Positions 57,160 to 64,000 of a DNA stretch of 64,000 nt are shown here, in pieces. Source of the DNA: an uncultured Alphaproteobacteria bacterium (GTDB lineage: Bacteria; Pseudomonadota; Alphaproteobacteria; Rhizobiales; Kaistiaceae); contig CAVSRC010000006.1 in NCBI GenBank assembly GCA_963730325.1, positions 2,693 through 66,692 on the forward strand. The letters are read 5' to 3'. Both the position numbers and the translations under genes were made by a program. Numbering within the stretch: position 1 is the stretch's first letter; every line of letters starts with the position of its first letter. The notes under the pieces are model-generated. The model saw nothing but the letters and a program-made list of their open reading frames with translations. It was not told where the DNA came from and ran no database searches.

Positions 57160-57250
57160 GGGGGCGGCTTCGGCGTTCCACGAAACACCCTGGGGTGCTC
57201 GGCCTCGACCGGGCACCCGGCAAGCGCAGGCCACGGTCTCTTGCCAATAC

Positions 57251-57322
57251 CCCCCTCCCTTCGCGCCTAACTCGCTTCGCTCCCAAGGCGCGAAGCCCTC
57301 CCCCGCAAGGGTGGAGGGGGAG
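57251..57322 (+). repeat. Double-hairpin R element, copy R1
   Basis: cccctccct + hairpin 1 (cttcgcgcc/ggcgcgaag) + ccctccccc-gcaa-gggtggaggggg. Confidence 0.7.
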
Positions 57323-57438
57323 CAAGCCGAAAGGCTCGCGCTTTGATGGCACTGCCGTCGTGTTGGGGTCCTCTCCCCCCTTGCGGGGGAGAGATAGAGA
57401 GGGGGGTACGGGCACGCACCTATCGCCACCAAGACACA

Positions 57439-57925
57439 GCTTCCCGTTCCCGCGCGCCGGAAGCACCGGGGTTTGACCTTTCAAAGAGCATCCTCATGGC
57501 CTGGACCATGAGGGGATGGCGGGCGCTCGATGAGCACCAGTCTGTAACTTTGTGGGGCGCTCAGCCGAGCGCCCGCCGCGGTGGTTTTTGCTCCGGTCCC
57601 GCCTGGGCCAGACGAAGGCAAGGCGGCTCCATCCGGACGACCGACCTTTGGACCACCACGGCGCCGATGCCGGTTTCCCGTATCGCACTGGCCGTGGCTG
57701 ACCCTCGCCTGCCTTTAGCGCTGCCCTTTCGGGGCAATGGCGCGCGGCGGAGGACAAGCCTCCGCTGGCGGGCTTCCGAGCCCACGCCGCTCCGCTTGCG
57801 AGGCGGAAACGGCGGACACCGCACCCCGCTCCCATCTCAAGACGCCTCCGGAGACGCCCCTCATTCGAGCGAGGATGCCAACCAATATGGGGGCGGGTGA
57901 GCGAGCGGGGATAGATTTCTTTTCA
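57439..57925 (-). repeat. Conserved intergenic element, copy B (candidate structured RNA), inverted relative to copy A
   Basis: The reverse complement aligns with 47515-47912 from tgaaaa...tatccccgc to ...ctttgaaaggtcaaa..cgcgcgggaacg. The central part is longer. Confidence 0.7.
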
Positions 57926-58022
57926 TGGGCGCTCGCAGAAGACGTGGATGGCCGGGACGAGCCCGGCCATGACGAGAGACTGTGAACGCGGGCGGAGGAG
58001 AGCCGCACCATCACCACAGCCT

Positions 58023-58093
58023 GAGCCCCTCACCCTGTTCCTCCAGGCTCTCTCCGTTCGCCAAGAGGAACAGCCCTCTCCCTGTGGGAGAGG
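58023..58093 (+). repeat. Double-hairpin R element, copy R2
   Basis: gagcccctcaccct + hairpin 1 (ctgttcctc/gaggaacag) + ccctctccc-tgtg-ggagagg. Confidence 0.7.
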
Positions 58094-58169
58094 AAACCCA
58101 CCAGCCGACGCCACAAGCTGCCTCTCCCGACGGGAGAGGAAATTCCGCCACAGCGCCTGCTGCGATTTG

Positions 58170-58236
58170 CCTCTCCCAAAGGGAGAGGGCTTTCGTGCCT
58201 TATGAGCGGAGCGAATTAGGCACAAAGGGTGAGGGG
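58170..58236 (-). repeat. Double-hairpin R element, copy R5 (inverted), abutting the DUF559 start codon
   Basis: The minus strand reads cccctcaccct + hairpin 1 (tttgtgcc/ggcacgaaa) + gccctctccc-tttg-ggagagg. Confidence 0.7.
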
Positions 58237-58587
58237 ATGAAGCCTGTCGGGATTGCCCGCCGTCTGCGCCGCGAGGCGACCGACGCGGAGCGGCGCCTAT
58301 GGTCACGACTGCGCAACCGGCAGGTGGGCGATGTCAAATTTCGCAGGCAGGTGCCCATCGGTCCCTTCATTGCAGATTTTGCCTCCGTCGAGGCGAAGCT
58401 GGTCATCGAAGTCGACGGCAGCCAACATGCCGAAGAAATCGAGGCGGATCGGCTGCGGTCCGATGCGCTCGGCGAGGCGGGTTACCTCGTGCTTCGCTTC
58501 TGGAACAACGACGTGCTCGACAATATCGATGGTGTCGTGAAGGAGATCGAGAGGACACTGGCCGCTCGGCCGGTGGACAATCGCTAA
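58237..58587 (+). CDS. DUF559 (Vsr-like endonuclease fold) protein
   Basis: ARRLRREATDAERRLWSRLRNRQ..KFRRQ..IG.FIADF......LVIEVDG.QH...........D..L...G..VLRFWNNDV is the DUF559 signature. ATG at 58237; the upstream part of the track ORF is translated repeat sequence. Confidence 0.88.
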   Translation: MKPVGIARRLRREATDAERRLWSRLRNRQVGDVKFRRQVPIGPFIADFASVEAKLVIEVDGSQHAEEIEADRLRSDALGEAGYLVLRFWNNDVLDNIDGVVKEIERTLAARPVDNR

Positions 58588-58592
58588 GGTCT

Positions 58593-58663
58593 CAGCCCCT
58601 CACCCTGTTCCTCTAGGCTCGCTTCGTTCGCCAAGAGGAACAGCCCTCTCCCGGCGGGAGAGG
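58593..58663 (+). repeat. Double-hairpin R element, copy R3
   Basis: cagcccctcaccct + hairpin 1 (ctgttcctct/agaggaacag) + ccctctccc-ggcg-ggagagg. Starts 6 nt after the DUF559 stop. Confidence 0.7.
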
Positions 58664-58687
58664 AAACACGTCGAGAGGCGCCGCCCC

Positions 58688-58753
58688 CTAAACCAGCCCC
58701 TCCGGGTAGACGCCGAGGATGCGCACGCGGGTGGAGAAGAACTCCAGCTCCTC
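58688..58753 (-). pseudogene. Duplicated 3' fragment of pheA
   Basis: Encodes EELEFFSTRVRILGVYPEGLV*. It is identical in nucleotide sequence to the real pheA end (58874-58954) apart from one substitution and a 15-nt in-frame gap (ASSFR). Confidence 0.75.
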
Positions 58754-58782
58754 TGGCCGCTCGGCCGGTGGACAATCGCTAA
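58754..58782 (+). pseudogene. Duplicated last 29 nt of the DUF559 gene
   Basis: tggccgctcggccggtggacaatcgctaa is identical to 58559-58587. Confidence 0.75.
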
Positions 58783-58787
58783 GGTCT

Positions 58788-58856
58788 GAGCCCCTCACCC
58801 TTCGCCTCTAGTTCGCTGCGCTCACAAGAGGCGAAGCCCTCTCCCTGTGGGAGAGG
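58788..58856 (+). repeat. Double-hairpin R element, copy R4
   Basis: gagcccctcaccct + hairpin 1 (cttcgcctct/agaggcgaag) + ccctctccc-tgtg-ggagagg. Confidence 0.7.
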
Positions 58857-58873
58857 AGACCCGTCGCCGCCCC

Positions 58874-59722
58874 CTACACCAGCCCCTCGCGGAACGAGCT
58901 TGCCGGGTAGACGCCGAGGATGCGCACGCGGGTGGAGAAGAACTCCAGCTCCTCCAGCGCCAGCGCCAGCGGGCGGTCGTCCGGGTGGCCTTCGACATCG
59001 GCAAAGAACTGGGTGGCGAAGAACTGGCCGTCGAGCTGGTAGCTCTCCAGCTTGGTCATGTTGACGCCGTTGGTGGCGAAGCCGCCCATCGCCTTGTAGA
59101 GCGCGGCCGGCACGTTGCGCACGCGGAAGACGAAGGTGGTGATGACCATGCCCTTGCCGCGGCGGGCGCGCACCTCGTCCTTCGACAGGATGACGAAGCG
59201 CGTGGTGTTGTGGGCGGCATCCTCGACGTCCTCCTTGAGGATATCGAGGCCGTGGACTTCCGCCGCGATGGCCGGGGCCAGCGCCGCCTGCGTGATATCG
59301 CCGGCCTCGGCGACCTCGCGCGCGGCACCGGCGGTATCGCCGGAGACGACGGTCTTCCAGCCGTGCCGGCGGATGATGTTGCGGCACTGGCCTAGCGCAT
59401 GGATGTGGCTGTGGACGGTCTTGATCGTCTTCAGCGTGGTGCCCCTCGGCGCCATCAGCTGGAAGCGGATGGGGAGAAAATGCTCGCCGATGATGTGCAG
59501 CCGGGAGCTCGGCAGCAGGTGGTGGATATCGGCGACGCGGCCGGCGAGCGAATTCTCGATCGGGATCATGGCGAGGTCGGCGGTGCCCTTGTCGACCGCG
59601 GCGAAGCAATCCTCGAAGGTCGGACAGGGAATTGCCTTGGCCTTCGGGTAGACCTCGTGGCAGGCGACCTCGGAATTGGCGCCGGGCTCGCCCTGGAAAA
59701 CGATCGTCTTTGGTTTCGGCAT
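58874..59722 (-). CDS. pheA: Prephenate dehydratase
   Basis: PDT domain (IVFQGEPGANSE..., TRF motif HNTTRFVIL) followed by an ACT domain. ATG at 59722. Confidence 0.93.
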   Translation of the reverse strand: MPKPKTIVFQGEPGANSEVACHEVYPKAKAIPCPTFEDCFAAVDKGTADLAMIPIENSLAGRVADIHHLLPSSRLHIIGEHFLPIRFQLMAPRGTTLKTIKTVHSHIHALGQCRNIIRRHGWKTVVSGDTAGAAREVAEAGDITQAALAPAIAAEVHGLDILKEDVEDAAHNTTRFVILSKDEVRARRGKGMVITTFVFRVRNVPAALYKAMGGFATNGVNMTKLESYQLDGQFFATQFFADVEGHPDDRPLALALEELEFFSTRVRILGVYPASSFREGLV

Positions 59723-59823
59723 GACACGCACCCCTTTTCGCGCCGTGGCTTAGCGCAGCAGGCGAGAAACGGGAAGCTTTGTCTGCCGTGTCCCGCTGGC
59801 GCTCGACGTGGCCCGTGGAACGG

Positions 59824-61893
59824 TCAGGTCGCGCCCGGGGCGAGCGGAACAGCCAACAGGAAACTCGTGCCGCTCTTGCGTTCGGGCACGATTGTCAAGG
59901 AAAGGCCGCGATCGCGCGCAAGCGAACAGGCGATCGACAGGCCGAGGCCGTGCCCCTGGGGAGCGGAGGCATCCGCAGCAAGCCGCACCGCGCGCCCGCT
60001 CGCCCTGGCGAAGTCTGCGGCCGTCATGCCCGGCCCGGTATCGTGCACCTCGATACGCAGCGATCGCCCGTCCCGCCGGCAGCCGAGCAGGACGCGGCCT
60101 TGCCGTGTATATTTGATCGCATTGGCGACCAGATTGGTGACAATGCGCATCAGGACGAGCGGTTCGACGGCCGCCTGAGCCGAGGTTCCGACATAGCGGA
60201 GCTCGAGCGCCTTCTCGGCTGCATCCGGCAGGAACATCTCGTGGATGCCCTTGAGCACATCGCCGACGGCGAGTTTCTCCGTTCCCTCGTCCGCCCCGGT
60301 TGCCGGCGGCACCGGTTCCATGGCGATTGCACGATCCAGATGCCCGGTCAGAAGCTTCTCGAGATAGTCGAATGTGCCCTCTATGCGCTTGCGGCGCGCC
60401 GAGTCGGTGCCGTGGTCCGCCACCAGTCCCCTCAGGTCCAGTCGCAGCGCGTGCAGCGGCTGGTTCAGGTCGTGGATGGCGTCGGTGATCCGCCGCCCCT
60501 TCATGTCGGCCAGTCGACAGACAAGCGCGTATTGCTCTTCCAGATCCTGCAGCCTCTGGCTGAGTTCCAGACTGCGCATGGTGGTGTCGAGATTTTCCTT
60601 CAGCGCTTGATGGCGGGCCTGCCGCAGTTGGTTGAAATGGTCCCAGATCGCCAGTCCCATCAGCGCCGCATCCAGCACCATCACGATGCGCATGGAATCG
60701 AACTGCACCTCCTCCGATATCTCGATCCCCAGCCAGTGGCGGGCCGTCATGATCGCACTTGAGATGACGGCCCCGGTCCAGGCGATCACGTAGAAACGCA
60801 CCTGCTTGAAGCGGGTCCGCGCGGCAACAAGGCCCGCCATGACGAAGAGCAGGATCGCCGCGAAGGCGACCAGCACGAGTATCTTCTTGATCTGCTGGTC
60901 TTGCTGGTCGTCGAGCAAAGCGGAGGCGAGCAGCATGCCGAGCGTGACCAGGACGACCGCGCCCAGCGACTTGTCGAGTAGCGGGTGGTAGCGGCGCGTC
61001 TGCAGGAAGAGCATCGCATAGACGGCGCCGCACAGGATGATGCCGGAACCGAGCAGGATGGTTGCGTTGCTGTTGAAATGGGGCGCGTCCGGCCACAGGA
61101 ATTTGAATGCGCTGCCGTCCGCGTGCATGATGAAGAGAAGCGCGCTGCCCGAATAGCCGGCATAGGCGAGGAACACCGGTCGCCGCACAATCGCAAAGGC
61201 GAAGAGCGCGATGAGGATGAGGATCAGCATCATCCCGTAGTAGACGAAGTTCTTCGCCGTCGCGCGCGCGCTGATCGCCTCGAAACTCTCCAGCAACTCG
61301 ATGGAAAAGGCGAGCGCGGAGGATCCGCCGGACCAGTAGCGGACATAGACAGTCTTGTGGGCACCGGCAGGCAGGATCATGGGCACGGCAAGCTGTGGAT
61401 AGGACAGCGGACGCGCGGAGAAGGGCGAGTCGGCGTCCTGGTTCGCAAGCGTTTCGAACGAACCGTCGTCACCGACCAGATAGACGGTGAAGAGCTGCAG
61501 GAAATTCTCGCGAAACAGGAGCCGCCAGCGTTCCAGCGACGGGCTGTGGTTGGTCAGCGAGAAGCGCAGCCAGATGACCGACCCGGTATAGCCGAAATCG
61601 GCGCTGCGACCCTGAACGGGCTGAAAGCGCGCCGACACGTCCGGCCGGGTCACGTCTTCGATCCCGAGTTTCCGGCCCGGATCGAGAAGATAGTCGACAT
61701 GCCCCTGCATGCCGCCGACGCCAACCGGACCGCGAAGGTCGATGCCCGGACTTGCACTCGCCGTGATTGTATGAAGGATGACGACGAGACAAGCCGCAAC
61801 CAGGATTAGGTGCCGCTGCCGCGGGATCCGTGCGAACGCAGCCAGGACACGGATGGCTCCATGCCGATCACAGCGGTTATCGCCGACGACCAC
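59824..61893 (-). CDS. 7TMR-DISM-type sensor histidine kinase
   Basis: Signal/anchor LILVAACLVVILHTITASA, 7TMR-DISMED2-like extracellular domain (YLLDPGRKLGIEDV..FGYTGSVIWLRFSL), seven hydrophobic helices, H-box DAIHDLNQPLHAL, and ATPase boxes NLVANAIKY, DTGPGM, GHGLGLSIA. The start is uncertain; the first canonical in-frame start upstream of the signal sequence is GTG 61893. Confidence 0.85.
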   Translation of the reverse strand: MVVGDNRCDRHGAIRVLAAFARIPRQRHLILVAACLVVILHTITASASPGIDLRGPVGVGGMQGHVDYLLDPGRKLGIEDVTRPDVSARFQPVQGRSADFGYTGSVIWLRFSLTNHSPSLERWRLLFRENFLQLFTVYLVGDDGSFETLANQDADSPFSARPLSYPQLAVPMILPAGAHKTVYVRYWSGGSSALAFSIELLESFEAISARATAKNFVYYGMMLILILIALFAFAIVRRPVFLAYAGYSGSALLFIMHADGSAFKFLWPDAPHFNSNATILLGSGIILCGAVYAMLFLQTRRYHPLLDKSLGAVVLVTLGMLLASALLDDQQDQQIKKILVLVAFAAILLFVMAGLVAARTRFKQVRFYVIAWTGAVISSAIMTARHWLGIEISEEVQFDSMRIVMVLDAALMGLAIWDHFNQLRQARHQALKENLDTTMRSLELSQRLQDLEEQYALVCRLADMKGRRITDAIHDLNQPLHALRLDLRGLVADHGTDSARRKRIEGTFDYLEKLLTGHLDRAIAMEPVPPATGADEGTEKLAVGDVLKGIHEMFLPDAAEKALELRYVGTSAQAAVEPLVLMRIVTNLVANAIKYTRQGRVLLGCRRDGRSLRIEVHDTGPGMTAADFARASGRAVRLAADASAPQGHGLGLSIACSLARDRGLSLTIVPERKSGTSFLLAVPLAPGAT

Positions 61894-62478
61894 GCTTTCA
61901 TCGTTGCCGGCATCTCGGCGGCGCTCGCCGAAACCTTCGGCTTCGATATCGTGGGTACGGCCCGCGACGGCATCGAGGCGATCGTGCTGATCAAGAAGCA
62001 CCGCCCCGACTGCGCGATTCTCGACCTCTCCATGCCGGGCGCCAACGGCCTCGAAGTCTTCGTCGAGGCAAGGCGCTGGTCGCCACAGACCCGCGTGGCG
62101 ATCGTCACCGGCAATCCGTCCGCCGCGATGTTCGCGCAGCTCGTCGGAGCCGGCGTCGACGGCATCTTCCTGAAGAGCGCCCCCGCCGAGGAAATCTGCG
62201 CCGGTCTCGGCGCAGTCGCGCGCGGCGTCAGGGTCATTCCGCCTGAAATCGGCACCGCCGGCCACCCTGGCAGCGAGAATGCGGAACTGACCGCCCGAGA
62301 AATCGAGGTCCTGCATGGCATCGCCCGCGGCATGTCCAACGCGCAGATGGCCGAATCGCTTGGCGTCAGCCCCAAGACCGTCGACAGCCACCGCACGACA
62401 CTGATGCGAAAGATGGACGTCCATTCCACCGCCACGCTTCTGGTTCGTGCAATCCGCGACGGCCTGATCGACGTATGA
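61861..62478 (+). CDS. NarL/FixJ-family response regulator
   Basis: REC domain (VIADDH, DLSMPG, K in FLKS) plus LuxR-type HTH LTAREIEVLHGIARGMSNAQMAESLGVSPKTVDSHRTTLMRKM. Confidence 0.92.
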   Translation: MPITAVIADDHAFIVAGISAALAETFGFDIVGTARDGIEAIVLIKKHRPDCAILDLSMPGANGLEVFVEARRWSPQTRVAIVTGNPSAAMFAQLVGAGVDGIFLKSAPAEEICAGLGAVARGVRVIPPEIGTAGHPGSENAELTAREIEVLHGIARGMSNAQMAESLGVSPKTVDSHRTTLMRKMDVHSTATLLVRAIRDGLIDV

Positions 62479-62625
62479 CAGAGCGGTCGGGCGACAGCCG
62501 CTATTAATCACCACTGCGGTGGCGAATGTAAATTCAGGTGATCACCCGATATCGAAGCCACCTTCGCTTGGGCATCGTCCTCCGCGCTGAATGCGGGGGC
62601 GAAAACCGATCGGAGGTATTTGGTA

Positions 62626-63045
62626 ATGAAGAAATTGCTCGCAGTGTTGGCCATCTGTGTCTTTGCGACGCCCGCGCTTGCAGCGCAGCATTGGGGGAGC
62701 TTCAAGGACAACGGATGCGTCTCCGGCAAGGGCCGGAAGTTCCACGTCTACTCGTCGGTCCTGTGGGGCATTCCCTGGGGCGCAAGCTGGGAAGTTGCCT
62801 GCTCGAAAATGCCGGCCAGGGTTCACGGCCAGAATTTCTCGCACCCCACGGCCTGCGTGAAGGCGAGCGTCGTCGATGCGATCGGCATAGCTGGCACCGT
62901 GCTCGGGGTGGCGGGCATTGTCTATCCGCCCGCGGGCGTCGTCGGCACCGTCGTCGGCGCATCCGCGATCGCGATGGACAAGGGCGGCGTCGGCGCCCTG
63001 AACATGTGGGGCGTCTTCTACGTTCAGGATCCCAGCTGCCGATAG
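62626..63045 (+). CDS. Secreted hypothetical protein with Cys residues and a Gly-zipper-like hydrophobic segment
   Basis: GGAGG RBS. Signal peptide MKKLLAVLAICVFATPALA. Several Cys in the mature part. Segment VVDAIGIAGTVLGVAGIVYPPAGVVGTVVGASAIAM. No family recognised. Confidence 0.7.
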   Translation: MKKLLAVLAICVFATPALAAQHWGSFKDNGCVSGKGRKFHVYSSVLWGIPWGASWEVACSKMPARVHGQNFSHPTACVKASVVDAIGIAGTVLGVAGIVYPPAGVVGTVVGASAIAMDKGGVGALNMWGVFYVQDPSCR

Positions 63046-63126
63046 AGTCCGGCGAACGCCGGCGGGTATGGCCCCCGGAGCGGCGATACCGCTTTTCGAA
63101 GGCGAGATGCCGCGCCCGGGGGAACC

Positions 63127-63870
63127 CTACGGCTTCAGCAGCTCCCGCGCCCGCTCGAGGTCGGCTTGCGTGTCGACGCCGAGCGGCACGGTGTCGACGA
63201 TGGCGACATCGATGCGCATGCCGTTTTCAAGCGCGCGGAGCTGCTCGAGCCGTTCGCGCGTCTCCAGCGGCGTCGGCGTGAGCGTGACGTAATGCTCCAG
63301 CGCCGAGCGGCGATAGGCGTAAAGACCGATATGGTGATAGAGCGGCCCCGGGCCGGAGGGCGCGGTGGCGCGGGTGAAATAGAGCGCGCGCAGGATGCCG
63401 GCATCCTCCTCGCCAAGCGTCAGCGGGCTGCCGACCACCTTGACCACGTTGGGGTCGGTCTTCTCCTCCTCGCGGGCGATGACGGCGCAGATGGTGCCGA
63501 TATCGACCTCCGGCAAAGCGAGCGGCGCCAGCGCCGCCTGGACGGTCGCCGGCGAAACGGTCGGCAGGTCGCCCTGCAGGTTGACGACGATCTCCTCGTC
63601 GGCGCCGATCAGCCCCAGCGCCTCGTGGATGCGCGAGGTGCCGTTGACATGGTCGGCGCGGGTCATCACCGCCTCGCCGCCGGCAAGCTCGATGACGCTG
63701 GCGATGGCGAGATCGTCGGTGGCGACCACCACCCGGCCGAGGCCGGCCTCGACCGCCCGGCGCCAGACATGGACAATCATCGGGTGGCCGTTGATGTCGG
63801 CCAGCGGCTTGCCCGGCAGGCGGGTGGAGGCCATGCGGGCGGGGATGAGGACGATGGCGCGCTCGGTCAC
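63127..63870 (-). CDS. kdsB: 3-deoxy-manno-octulosonate cytidylyltransferase (CMP-KDO synthetase)
   Basis: N-terminal [15 protein letters not shown] motif and overall KdsB length and fold. Confidence 0.93.
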   Translation of the reverse strand: MTERAIVLIPARMASTRLPGKPLADINGHPMIVHVWRRAVEAGLGRVVVATDDLAIASVIELAGGEAVMTRADHVNGTSRIHEALGLIGADEEIVVNLQGDLPTVSPATVQAALAPLALPEVDIGTICAVIAREEEKTDPNVVKVVGSPLTLGEEDAGILRALYFTRATAPSGPGPLYHHIGLYAYRRSALEHYVTLTPTPLETRERLEQLRALENGMRIDVAIVDTVPLGVDTQADLERARELLKP

Positions 63871-64000
63871 GGGCGGATTCTTGGGCTAGACTGCGGAAAC
63901 GGACAAGTTCGAGGACGACAATAAGTCTCAATCCCGCCGGCTTATACGTGTTGCCTCAAGCGGCGGAAAGCTTGTAGTTTCCGCGCCTGCGGGCGGCTGG

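Noticed and set aside
57160-58870. A dense array of short hairpin repeats that could at first glance be taken for a CRISPR array.
   Set aside because: The repeats are imperfect, occur in both orientations and are irregularly spaced. They are individually palindromic and interleaved with a gene and gene fragments. No cas genes are present. The pattern is REP/MITE-like rather than CRISPR.
63871-64000. The tail of the window upstream of kdsB, which might contain the start of another gene or a regulatory RNA.
   Set aside because: It is too short, with no ORF signature, promoter consensus or structure that I could support.

Overview
GC-rich alphaproteobacterial chromosome segment; gene order and repeat families look Rhizobiales-like. 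The left part (1 to about 25.6 kb) is catabolic and accessory. It holds several decayed gene remnants, LacI and GntR regulators, and a CUT2-type sugar ABC importer with a Zn-alcohol dehydrogenase. It also holds a ten-gene minus-strand operon that joins a LIV-type ABC importer to a CoA-dependent hydroxycinnamate side-chain-shortening module (MarR, enoyl-CoA hydratase, amidohydrolase_2), flanked by a divergent acyl-CoA synthetase and a convergent SDR. A LysR-controlled CUT1 importer-sulfatase-DUF4432 operon follows and ends near tRNA-Arg(ACG). The rest is core housekeeping: rpmH-rnpA-yidC-engB, argB, dapD/dapE, truA-fmt-def, rmuC, recR, dnaX-ybaB, SRP RNA, nudC, pheA and kdsB, interrupted by small insertions. 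I saw no CRISPR array, prophage, integrase/transposase or recognisable multi-gene defence system. The main signals the genes do not explain are five. (1) A roughly 400-490 nt non-coding element is present in two inverted copies (47.5 kb and 57.4 kb), with compensatory and G-U-consistent changes that suggest a structured RNA. (2) A GIY-YIG nuclease gene is bracketed by two copies of a 133-nt MITE-like palindromic element. (3) A DUF559 (Vsr-like) endonuclease gene is bracketed by inverted copies of a roughly 70-nt double-hairpin repeat whose first stem covaries among five copies. Next to it lies a mosaic roughly 200-bp tandem duplication that includes a pheA 3' fragment. (4) A lipoamide-dehydrogenase-like flavoprotein that has lost its redox cysteines sits directly upstream of an orphan histidine kinase. 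(5) dapD has an apparent frameshift. Many long ORFs in the six-frame track are high-GC antisense or alternate-frame artefacts and are not reported.
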